Source of the DNA: a virus
Taxonomy: Duplodnaviria; Caudoviricetes
DNA: 57,002 nucleotides
Direction: 5' to 3' (one strand)
IMG/VR virus record: IMGVR_UViG_3300018080_000211
Location: 1-57,002 of that record
A program made the translations under genes and the position numbers. The notes beneath the pieces were generated by a model. It was not told where the DNA came from. It searched no databases and saw nothing but the letters and a program-made list of their open reading frames with translations. Positions 49,153-57,002 of this stretch are shown here, one piece after another. How positions within the stretch are numbered: the first letter of the stretch is position 1; the number at the start of each line of letters is the position of its first letter.

Positions 49153-49183
49153 TCCTGCCTTGCGGCAATTCTCCGATAAGGTT

Positions 49184-49209
49184 GTTTAAGTTTTTAAAGC
49201 TTTCTGGGG
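49184..49209 (-). promoter_or_regulatory. BRE/TATA-like promoter, conserved copy A
   Basis: CCCCAGAAAGCTTTAAAAACTTAAAC; 25/26 identical to 53271-53296. Confidence 0.7.
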
Positions 49210-49210
49210 T

Positions 49211-50644
49211 TCAATCAGCCTTCTTCAACCACTTGGGAAGCTTCTTGAGTTTAATCATCGGTGCTGTGCCCTGATATGACCGCTCAAATAATCCTTCATC
49301 TTCCATCTTCCTGACTCGCTGGGATGCAGTTTTTTTGCTGACATTCCAATAATCTGAATGCGATAGCGTGCGGATGAAATCAGCTCTCTTAATTGTATCA
49401 CCATCCTTCCGCTTCAGCTTCTTGATAGTGCTCTTGTAGAGTCGCACTGCCTCGCTCACCTGCATCTTCCAAACTCGCTGGTGGTCTTTGGGTGGCGCAA
49501 TCCCTTCCTCGAGAAGTCCAATCAGCTGCTTCCAGACTGGCATCACATAATTCTTGGCATAGCCTACATCTTCAAGCTTGAGCGTGTCATCGAGTCGGAG
49601 AAGCATATGATGCCAAGCCAATCGCCATATGTGTTCAATCCATCGCTGGCTGAACTCTTCGAGCTTCCTGCGAGGATATTCAGCGATGCCCTCGAATTGT
49701 ACAAAGAATTCATCGACCAATCGAACAAGGATTTTGAGCGCTTCAGGTTGAACCTTGACCACGATTTTATCCTTGCCCATCCAATACTCGTTGACATACT
49801 TCAACCGCTTGGCGAGGTCTGACATGCCTTGCTTCTTGTCCACCTTGCTTTCCAGCAGGCCTGTAAGCTCCTTGGCCACCTCAATCCTATCTTCTGTTGT
49901 GAACTCGTTGTACAGGATTACCATGCGCTGAAGAAATCCTCGCTTGACGATGGTGTCATAAAAACTGTCAGGTGGATAGGACATCAGCATGAGTGAGCAA
50001 TCGGGATTAAATTCAATCCACTCTCCATGCGCAAGCTTCTTGGTGAGCTTGTTGTCCTCTGTGTCCATCGTATTGAGGGCAATCTGATAGTACAGCATAG
50101 CATTTTTCTTGTACTCATTCTGAATTCCACTGAACAGAATATCTGCCTCATTCATTGCGATGATGTTCGCAATCGGTCTGTCTGGGTCATCCTCGTCAAA
50201 GGTTGGGTCAAGTACACCTCTCTCAATCCTGCTCACGACCTCGATGCCCTTCTTTTCAGGATTGTATTCTTTGACCTCATCGCTTGTACCAATGAGAGCA
50301 GCGTCAGTTATCTCGGTGATGACACAATAGTTGAGCCCAAGCGCTCGAGCAACTTGTGCCATGAAATTGAATCCACGACCGCCACCGCTCCCTGATGGCT
50401 TGAAGAAGCAACCTGAAATCCGCAGGTCGAGGTCATTTGCTCCGACATGAATGCGAAGCTTCTTGACCGCAGGGAGCTGACCAATGATACAATGTAGCGT
50501 CAGCTCTGCGAAGTTGGGCTGTCGTTTGACTCGCTCCTCGAATAATGATACATACAATTTTATTAAATTCTGTCCAAAAAATTCCTTGCGTTGTTTCGGT
50601 GTAGGTGGATTGCTCCACTTGGGCATATGCTCTTGCCACTTCAA
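49211..50644 (-). CDS. MCM-like AAA+ protein with a C-terminal wHTH and a degenerate Walker A
   Basis: PSGSGGGRG, ITDAALIG, AMNEAD, GFLQRM; C-terminal VSKKTASQRVRKMEDEG. Confidence 0.6.
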   Translation of the reverse strand: MKWQEHMPKWSNPPTPKQRKEFFGQNLIKLYVSLFEERVKRQPNFAELTLHCIIGQLPAVKKLRIHVGANDLDLRISGCFFKPSGSGGGRGFNFMAQVARALGLNYCVITEITDAALIGTSDEVKEYNPEKKGIEVVSRIERGVLDPTFDEDDPDRPIANIIAMNEADILFSGIQNEYKKNAMLYYQIALNTMDTEDNKLTKKLAHGEWIEFNPDCSLMLMSYPPDSFYDTIVKRGFLQRMVILYNEFTTEDRIEVAKELTGLLESKVDKKQGMSDLAKRLKYVNEYWMGKDKIVVKVQPEALKILVRLVDEFFVQFEGIAEYPRRKLEEFSQRWIEHIWRLAWHHMLLRLDDTLKLEDVGYAKNYVMPVWKQLIGLLEEGIAPPKDHQRVWKMQVSEAVRLYKSTIKKLKRKDGDTIKRADFIRTLSHSDYWNVSKKTASQRVRKMEDEGLFERSYQGTAPMIKLKKLPKWLKKAD

Positions 50645-50659
50645 GCGCTCACGCTCCTC

Positions 50660-50908
50660 TCAAAAGAATGCCTCATCCACTTGTCTGGGCTTCCGCTTTG
50701 GCTTGTTATCTTCATCGTCATCTGCGACCACTCCTGCTTCCTCGAGCTTCTTTGCCTCGAAGTATTGCCACTTGGCAACCTTTGTCCTGAAAAAGCACGA
50801 CTCGACATCACCGCATCGCTTGGGCTTCCCTTCTTCATCCTTCCAATAATCGCACTCGGTCGAGGAGCTGACCTTGATGCCGTGCTTCCAGCACTCTATT
50901 ATCGCCAT
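50660..50908 (-). CDS. Small Cys-containing protein
   Basis: GCAGGA RBS; ends QVDEAFF. Confidence 0.6.
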   Translation of the reverse strand: MAIIECWKHGIKVSSSTECDYWKDEEGKPKRCGDVESCFFRTKVAKWQYFEAKKLEEAGVVADDDEDNKPKRKPRQVDEAFF

Positions 50909-50999
50909 GGCTATCCTGCGAGAGAGGGAGATACTTTCAAGGGTGTATATTCCTTTCTGGCGCTCCCAATCGTGCTAAATATGGCCAGTTTAACCACTT

Positions 51000-51371
51000 T
51001 TACGGTGGAGTCTTTGGCGCTGGAGCTTTCGGTTGTACAGGCTTCTGCTTCTTGGCAGCTGCCTCTTCCTGCTTCCTTATCTCCTCGACCTCTGCCAAAT
51101 CCTCTGGCGTGATGGCAAAGGTCTTGGAGATGAAGAAGCTCAACCTATCGATAAGGCTGCGCTGCTCTGCCATGATTTGTTTGTTCATCCTGTTCTGGCG
51201 CTCCAGCTCCATTATCCTCTTCCATGCACAAACCTCGCATCGACAAGTGTCTGGGTGCGGTGCTGTCGTGAATTGTTTGCAACCGCACTTCGTGCATCGA
51301 CCATTCCTGCGGTGCTTCTTGTTTGGATGCCCGCAAATGCATAGCTCCTCTTTTTTGTTGACTGTTTCCAT
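51000..51371 (-). CDS. Zn-binding coiled-coil protein
   Basis: CICGH...H...CTKCGC; H..TCRCEVC. Confidence 0.65.
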   Translation of the reverse strand: METVNKKEELCICGHPNKKHRRNGRCTKCGCKQFTTAPHPDTCRCEVCAWKRIMELERQNRMNKQIMAEQRSLIDRLSFFISKTFAITPEDLAEVEEIRKQEEAAAKKQKPVQPKAPAPKTPP

Positions 51372-51372
51372 A

Positions 51373-52317
51373 TCATTCCTCTCCTGCTATCAATCCCTGC
51401 TCAACCAGTAGGTCATACTGATTGCAAACGCTCCTGACATCGCAGTAGGGACAGCGTTTGACATATCCTTTGCGCTTCTCGATTGAGTGCTTCAACCTCT
51501 CGCTCTCTTTGTCGATGTTCTCAATATGCATCTTCGCTTCCTCGAGGGTGTCATACACTCGCACTGCGCTCTTCCTTCCTTCCTTCTTCACGGCAAAAGT
51601 GTCCTTGTCCTTCCAAAGCTCCTCATCTGTACAGAAGGGCAAGTCAGCATCAGGAAGCTCTTCAGCTTCCGCTATCGCTTCGAGCTTGGTGGCAATGAAA
51701 TCCCTTGTGAAGTCTGGGTGGTATAGGTCGATGTCCATATGAGCAACTCGAATGGGTGGATAATCCTTGTGCCTATTCATGTCAGCTTTTTTCCAATCGG
51801 TGAACACCAGACATATCTCTGCATGCTTGTCAACCGTGATGGCTTCTCGCTCGACCATCTCACCCTCATCCATTGCCCATCCATCTCGCTCGAGGAGATA
51901 GCGATAAATCGACAGCTGAAGCTTCCACTCCTCTGCGCTGCTTCCATAGATGGCATTCCAGACCGAAGTTGACTTGATATCAATGATGCGAAATCGACCA
52001 CCACCAATGTCTTTGAGCATATCGAATTTTCCTGACACCTTCCTCTTGTCAACAAGCGCAATCACTCGCTGCTCTTGGGTGATGCGTGGCATATCGACCT
52101 GCTCGAAGCTTGCGTGAAGTGCGCTCCCATACCTTCTGGCTATGAGGTCAGCCAAATCGACCTCGAGCGAGTCGAAGTGTCGTGCCTTCAAAACGATTTG
52201 GCGAGGTGGCGAGAGAAGGCCAGTTGCTGACACTATTCCCTCGAGATAATCATAGTCATCATACTCGAGCCACAGCCTCAAGTAGTCAGGAAGGTCGTGT
52301 TGGTTTGTGTATTTCAT
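51373..52317 (-). CDS. PD-(D/E)XK (Cas4/RecB-like) exonuclease
   Basis: SAT, GSALH, SGKFD, IDIKST, QLSIY; C-terminal C...RCPYC....C. Confidence 0.85.
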   Translation of the reverse strand: MKYTNQHDLPDYLRLWLEYDDYDYLEGIVSATGLLSPPRQIVLKARHFDSLEVDLADLIARRYGSALHASFEQVDMPRITQEQRVIALVDKRKVSGKFDMLKDIGGGRFRIIDIKSTSVWNAIYGSSAEEWKLQLSIYRYLLERDGWAMDEGEMVEREAITVDKHAEICLVFTDWKKADMNRHKDYPPIRVAHMDIDLYHPDFTRDFIATKLEAIAEAEELPDADLPFCTDEELWKDKDTFAVKKEGRKSAVRVYDTLEEAKMHIENIDKESERLKHSIEKRKGYVKRCPYCDVRSVCNQYDLLVEQGLIAGEE

Positions 52318-52394
52318 TCGGTCAGCTCCGTGCCACAAGCTGGGCATGGTATCCCACTGTCTGTGTAATCCTCTGTCAAGTCCATCTTCCCACC

Positions 52395-52919
52395 TCAATA
52401 GGTCGATTGGTCTTCACAACCGTCATATCCAGTGAACAGGTCGTGGTCTGGGTCATAGGTCTTGCGCCAGCTCCCGCACTGCGCTATTGTGCCGCTGGCA
52501 ATCTCTTCCTCGAAGGATTTGATATGCTCTTCATTAATTAGCTCGATTGAGCCACCGCAGACCGCACACACGATTTCCTCGCCAACAATTGGCTTGCGCA
52601 ATCGCTTCCATGCGTGCCGATAAACCTCTTTGTTGCCGAGATTGCATTCAAGCACTCGTTGGTAGCAAGTGCCGACAGGGAAGTTGTACAACCCTGTCTT
52701 GCCATCGGCCAAATTCTTGTAGCCAACTCTTGCCACATTGTATCCTTCGGTCATCCCCTGTACAAACTCGACTCCAATGATTTGTAGCAGCTCCAGACCG
52801 AGCAGGATGATTTCACCTGCCTGCATATCTCTGGCGGTGATGTTTTTCACTCTCGCTGTATCAACCTTGTGGTTGGGCACATCTGGTATCTCGACCAGCT
52901 CAATTTTCTTGATGTCCAT
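52395..52919 (-). CDS. Hypothetical protein (start MDIKKIEL)
   Basis: CAGGAGTG RBS immediately upstream of the ATG at 52919. Confidence 0.65.
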   Translation of the reverse strand: MDIKKIELVEIPDVPNHKVDTARVKNITARDMQAGEIILLGLELLQIIGVEFVQGMTEGYNVARVGYKNLADGKTGLYNFPVGTCYQRVLECNLGNKEVYRHAWKRLRKPIVGEEIVCAVCGGSIELINEEHIKSFEEEIASGTIAQCGSWRKTYDPDHDLFTGYDGCEDQSTY

Positions 52920-52940
52920 CTTCTCGACACTCCTGTTTTG

Positions 52941-53251
52941 GTTGTCGGCACGGTCAAGACATCCGTGCCAGAGGTTGGAGATTGGCAATGCCACCTTCCT
53001 GCATGGGCAGAAATCCTCTGGCAGATGATGTTCCCGCAATGCCCTGTTTGCATCCCAAAGACGCATCCCATCATTGCGGGCAGCTCAATACTCGAGTTTG
53101 GTCTGGTGAGTTTCACACAGGGCAAGTTTTTTCGACTCCATTATCCAATGAAGTCATTTGTATCCTGCGTCATTGCGCTATCTTCTCTTGCTGTCACCCT
53201 CGAGGAGCACGAGCGCTGCGCAGCTTTCGGATTTGTCCCCATGCCGACAAC
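52941..53251 (-). ncRNA. Structured RNA (~310 nt) closed by a long stem with a BHB-like motif
   Basis: 13-bp closing stem GTTGTCGGCATGG/CCGTGCCGACAAC; several internal 9-bp stems; promoter just upstream. Confidence 0.7.
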
Positions 53252-53270
53252 TCCAGCTGACCTTATCGAT

Positions 53271-53296
53271 GTTTAAGGTTTTAAAGCTTTCTGGGG
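53271..53296 (-). promoter_or_regulatory. BRE/TATA-like promoter, conserved copy B
   Basis: CCCCAGAAAGCTTTAAAACCTTAAAC. Confidence 0.7.
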
Positions 53297-53378
53297 GAAG
53301 GGAAGAGATAGAAAAATCAATAAAAAAAGGCAGCCAGACCAAAGCCTGACTGCCCGAAGTTGCCGTGAGTTTGGAAGC

Positions 53379-53600
53379 CTACAGCCACCCCTCATCGTGA
53401 CAGAAAGGGCACTGGTCATCCGTGATGTCTGGCTTGTGGTGGTCGTTGTGCGTGTTCTCCCACCCTGCTCGCTCGAAGCAAGCTGGGCAGAGCTTTGATT
53501 GGCTGTTTCCATCGCCATTCTCCCTCGTGAGCTTGCCGCACTCGGTGCAGTTGAAGCAACCGCTCCCTGTCTGAAATCTGCTGTTGCGCTCCCTGCTCAT
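53379..53600 (-). CDS. Small Cys-rich protein (start MSRERNSRF)
   Basis: CTECG, CPAC, CPFC; GAGGTGG RBS. Confidence 0.6.
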   Translation of the reverse strand: MSRERNSRFQTGSGCFNCTECGKLTRENGDGNSQSKLCPACFERAGWENTHNDHHKPDITDDQCPFCHDEGWL

Positions 53601-53977
53601 GCTCCCACCTCGCTCTCTGCCATCCTGTACCACTTGTTCGTGTCGTACAGATACTGGCCAAAGGCATGGTATATCCGTGCCTTGCTCGGTGGTGTAAGGT
53701 CTTTGTGCACGAAGTTTTGCCTGCCACCATTCAGCTCCTGCCAAGCCACTGCCTCACCGCTCTCGTCATTCAGGTAAACACGGTGGCTTCCGCTCCTGCC
53801 TGCCTTCCAAAAGTTGACCTTCCAGTTGTTGGCCTTGGCCAGCTCCTCGAGGGTGGAAAAAAAGCGCTGCTCGAATGCCCTGTGTGTTGTTGGTGTTGGG
53901 GAGTCGAACAGCGTGTCATCGAACAGGTCAGGGAATGCCCATGGCCTGTCCATCTGCTCATAGGTGGCCTTGTTCAC
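53597..53977 (-). CDS. Hypothetical protein
   Basis: GAGGTGA RBS. Confidence 0.65.
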   Translation of the reverse strand: MNKATYEQMDRPWAFPDLFDDTLFDSPTPTTHRAFEQRFFSTLEELAKANNWKVNFWKAGRSGSHRVYLNDESGEAVAWQELNGGRQNFVHKDLTPPSKARIYHAFGQYLYDTNKWYRMAESEVGA

Positions 53978-54116
53978 GCTATCACCTCAAAATGATTAGG
54001 CATGCTGGATTTGTAAACCTTCAGTCCAGCTGCCTCTGCATTTGCGATTATCTCTTGCGCTTCCTCTGTTGTGACGAGGGACATCATGACGCCATTCTTC
54101 CAGAACTGTGTCTTGT

Positions 54117-54590
54117 TCATTCTGGCCACCCCATTTCCTTCCATGCCTCTGCTTCGAGCTTCCTGCTGTAATCCTTGTCTGCCTGCGTGGGATAAGAGAG
54201 CAGGTGTTTCAACCTGCCCTCATAGTGTCCCTCTGGCTTGAGGTCATAGCACCTCACCCAGCGCTTGTGCCCGACTCTGTACATGTCAACCACGATGGTT
54301 GAGCTTCCCTTGTACTTCTGGATTGGTGGCTGGCCTGTCACAACCGACACCTTGACGATTTCCACATCCATCTTCCTGTCGCCATGCTCACTGGCATCGC
54401 TCTCTCCGAGCACCTTGACCGTGTAGATTACTCCACTGGTGAAGGATAGCTCGAAGTATCGCTGGCCAGAGATGTAGAGCTTCCAAAAGTCCTTCTCGCT
54501 CTGGGCTGCTGCCTCGAGGCAGGCTGCGGTCAAATCAACTATCTCACTTCCAAGCTCCTGTTGAGCTTCCATCTGTGTTTCCAAATCCAT
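54117..54590 (-). CDS. Hypothetical protein
   Basis: GAGGTGTGAAAT RBS; TATA-like TTTATGTA upstream. Confidence 0.7.
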   Translation of the reverse strand: MDLETQMEAQQELGSEIVDLTAACLEAAAQSEKDFWKLYISGQRYFELSFTSGVIYTVKVLGESDASEHGDRKMDVEIVKVSVVTGQPPIQKYKGSSTIVVDMYRVGHKRWVRCYDLKPEGHYEGRLKHLLSYPTQADKDYSRKLEAEAWKEMGWPE

Positions 54591-54738
54591 ATTTCACACC
54601 TCACTTGGCAACTTCGTTGCCATAGGTATATTATTTTGTCTGTACATAAAACCTTCGGCACAATTTAGCCACGAATGTCAGAATGAAAATATATCTGTCA
54701 GGAAAAATAAAAAATGGAAAGGGTGAGGTTTTTCAACC

Positions 54739-55041
54739 TCATTTTTTGGCATGTTGTTCATCGCTCTTCAACACTTCCTTGAGCGCCCAAGCCTTTGCCT
54801 TTTTGCGTGTGGCAAAGCAGAGTCTGCGCACGAGCTTGTACATGCGCTTCTCCTTGTAGTGCCGATAAATCCCACAGACATAGTGCTTGTCGTTGCCATG
54901 CCGACAGGTGCACTTCTCTGTTGTCCAGAAGTATCGGCTGCCACGCCAGTCAGTGTAGTATCGATAGTGTGGCTGTCTTGGTGCTGGAAAGTATCGAGCG
55001 AGCATGTTGTTTAACTCATTGAGTACTGGGTCATTGCCCAT
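54739..55041 (-). CDS. Basic hypothetical protein
   Basis: GCGAGGTGTGAA RBS; hairpin plus U-tract downstream. Confidence 0.65.
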   Translation of the reverse strand: MGNDPVLNELNNMLARYFPAPRQPHYRYYTDWRGSRYFWTTEKCTCRHGNDKHYVCGIYRHYKEKRMYKLVRRLCFATRKKAKAWALKEVLKSDEQHAKK

Positions 55042-55259
55042 GGCTTCACACCTCGCTTGACGCTTTGGCTCTCGCCATACCTATATAGCGTTATAAGACA
55101 AAATGATTTTCGCACTTTTTTTGACGAAATTGGCCAATTTTGAGCACAAAACCCATAGTGACAAATAAATATTATTGATGGGATATAATGGGATTTCCAG
55201 CGCCAGAAATATTGATAAGGTCGGTCAACGATATATTCTTTTGCTCTGGAGCGCTCGGC

Positions 55260-55769
55260 ATGGCTAAAAATTATTGTTCTACATTAGAGCAAGGCACTGC
55301 ATTCGAGTATTGGGTGTTTGATGTCTTGCGACCTTACACAACGAGGTTGGATGCTACCAAGCATAATGGTAATCCCGACCTCTATTTCAAGCTTAACAAC
55401 CACGTGGTGCTACTCGAGTGCAAGTGTTTCCAATTCCGTGAAAAAACTGGCAAGCGCCCACGCTATATCGTGCTGCGACCGAGTCAAATCAAAGCACTGC
55501 GGTCAATGAAGCAAGGTCTGGGTGGGGAGAATGAAATATATATTATTTGTGGGATTTTATTCAGTGGGTATGATGTGATGCCATTCACCTTCGAGCTTGA
55601 GGAAGGATTGAGGCATGCGAAGAGGTGGAAGGATGCACAGAAGCGCAAGTTTATCCCAATGGATTGGATTATCAAACAACTGACTCTCCGAGATTGGATG
55701 ACCGAGAAGTTTGGAGTTGACGGTGCGAATATTCAGATGCCCGAGTTCAGAGCATACTTGAGGAGATGA
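55260..55769 (+). CDS. PD-(D/E)XK nuclease (Holliday-junction resolvase-like)
   Basis: GTAFE...PD...LECK...LRPSQ. Confidence 0.7.
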   Translation: MAKNYCSTLEQGTAFEYWVFDVLRPYTTRLDATKHNGNPDLYFKLNNHVVLLECKCFQFREKTGKRPRYIVLRPSQIKALRSMKQGLGGENEIYIICGILFSGYDVMPFTFELEEGLRHAKRWKDAQKRKFIPMDWIIKQLTLRDWMTEKFGVDGANIQMPEFRAYLRR

Positions 55770-56140
55770 CGATGAAGCGAGTTTATGTTGCAGGAGCTTT
55801 CAGCCCTGCGCCAGAGCTGACGAGGAGCGATGCGTGTATGGATGTGTTCAACAATATGCGCAAGGGAATTGATGCTTGTATCGACCTATTGATTGAAGGC
55901 TTCCATCCTTTCTGTCCATGGCTTGACTATCACTATGTGCTTGGATTTCGAGGAGCTGCTATCACTGACGAGATGCTGTATGCCATGAGCTTGGAATGGC
56001 TCGATGTGAGTGATGCGGTGTATGTCCTCGAGGGAAGCGAGCAATCATTGGGTACAAAGCGAGAGATTGAGAGAGCGCACGAGCTTGGCATACCTGTCTA
56101 TTACAACCGCAATGACCTAATGGCTCTGACAGATAAATAA
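55766..56140 (+). CDS. DUF4406 / nucleoside 2-deoxyribosyltransferase-like protein
   Basis: VYVAG, PFCP, L..SDAVY, SLGTKREIERAHELGIPV. Confidence 0.8.
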   Translation: MTMKRVYVAGAFSPAPELTRSDACMDVFNNMRKGIDACIDLLIEGFHPFCPWLDYHYVLGFRGAAITDEMLYAMSLEWLDVSDAVYVLEGSEQSLGTKREIERAHELGIPVYYNRNDLMALTDK

Positions 56141-56167
56141 ATAATGGGGTTGGGATATTAACCTGCT

Positions 56168-56443
56168 ATGAGCGAGAGTGTGATGAATGGCAATTGGCTG
56201 CTGGAGAAGGCTATGAGCGAGATGTTTGACGAGGGAGAGCTTGAGTGCCCACGATGTCATCAGCACGAGGTCGAGGTGGATGACCTTGGCGACCTGTTGG
56301 TGTGTATCTGTCAGGTGTGCGGATGGATGTGGGTTGAGGATGAGGAAGAGGTTGAGCAATCACTGGCTCCAGTGTTCAGACAAAAAGACCTGATGGGTTG
56401 GAAGCCTGTGGGTGAGTTGTATGGCATGCTGTCCCACTTGTAA
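56168..56443 (+). CDS. Zn-ribbon protein
   Basis: CPRC...CQVCG. Confidence 0.55.
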   Translation: MSESVMNGNWLLEKAMSEMFDEGELECPRCHQHEVEVDDLGDLLVCICQVCGWMWVEDEEEVEQSLAPVFRQKDLMGWKPVGELYGMLSHL

Positions 56444-56535
56444 GACCAAGAGAGGAATGCCTGTGAGGTTGGTCGCAACGCTCGAGGATGGCGTGGAACA
56501 TTGTATGGCTTGCGGGAAGGATTACAGAGTGAAGG

Positions 56536-56745
56536 ATGATGTGGTGGTGTTGCCGTGAGTCGCACCTATCGAGAGAACAAACATGGGAAGCATATCAAGA
56601 AGCGTGCGAGGAAGCTTGGAAGGAAGGGAAGGCAACAGGAGAAGGATTGGAGCAGGTATTGATGTGTCGCAGAGGTAATGTGACAGAAGTATCGATTGAT
56701 GGCGTGGTTGTCGAGGTGGAGCTGACAGAGAAGCCTGCCCAATGA
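56536..56745 (+). CDS. Hypothetical protein
   Basis: 69-aa ORF with a purine-rich upstream sequence. Confidence 0.4.
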   Translation: MMWWCCRESHLSREQTWEAYQEACEEAWKEGKATGEGLEQVLMCRRGNVTEVSIDGVVVEVELTEKPAQ

Positions 56746-56879
56746 TTTCCCTCGTTTAAAGCTCTGTTCAAGGCACTGTAATTAAAAACTCTATTGATTG
56801 AATGTTTCACGCAAATCACACTTTTCACAATGAACAACAACCACCACACACCCACCATTGCGGCAGCGTTAATCTGCGA

Positions 56880-57002
56880 AATCGGTTAATCTGGTAAAAC
56901 TGAAAGTGCACTATATCGGAGATATAGGTTGTGGGAGCTGCCAACCGCTCCCAGCGACCTTCTGGAAGGTTAATCTGGAAGTGCCGTGCTCGTGCTGTAG
57001 GA
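56880..57002. repeat. Terminal direct repeat, copy 2
   Basis: Exact match to 1-123. Confidence 0.95.

Noticed and set aside
51373-52317. CRISPR-Cas system suggested by the Cas4-like nuclease
   Set aside because: No repeat-spacer array or other cas genes are present; solo Cas4-like nucleases are common in viruses.
52920-53066. N-terminal extension of ORF 52395-53066 and overlapping ORFs at 52847-53276
   Set aside because: A good RBS precedes the ATG at 52919, and the upstream DNA is better explained by base-paired RNA structure.
52941-53251. Identification of the structured RNA as SRP RNA, RNase P RNA or a group I intron
   Set aside because: The size is similar, but I could not find the SRP helix-8 consensus, the RNase P GAGGAAAGUCC-type motif or group I core elements; an Infernal search is needed.
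56880-57002. 123-bp repeat as the true physical terminal repeat of the virion DNA
   Set aside because: It cannot be distinguished from an assembler overlap of a circular contig without read data.

Overview
The window looks like one complete, circular ~56.9-kb genome of a tailed dsDNA virus (siphovirus-like Caudoviricetes). Bases 1-123 recur exactly at 56880-57002. An archaeal host is inferred from GGTGA/GAGGTG ribosome-binding sites, BRE/TATA-like promoters, PolB, RFC small and large subunits, PCNA-like clamps, a PriS-PriL-like primase and an XPF/ERCC4 nuclease. The + strand (6.5-29.4 kb) carries morphogenesis genes: terminase, portal-MuF fusion, protease/scaffold, capsid, head-tail and tail genes, a frameshifted tail chaperone, tape measure, and DNRLRE/FN3/PKD adhesins. 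The - strand (29.5-55 kb and 0.8-6.4 kb) carries replication and early genes. The most notable observations are: (1) a putative DNA-hypermodification set inside the replisome operon (two SPL-like radical SAM enzymes, a DUF2156 aminoacyl-tRNA-dependent-transferase-like protein and a fold-II PLP enzyme), with PCNA-binding-like motifs; (2) a ~310-nt highly structured RNA with its own promoter, closed by a bulge-helix-bulge-like motif; (3) a tRNA-minihelix-like hairpin; (4) an acidic C-terminal motif, [IL][ED]LG[ED][DL], shared by four proteins. No integrase, CRISPR array, complete tRNA or recognisable endolysin was seen. All family calls are motif recognition by eye, not database searches.
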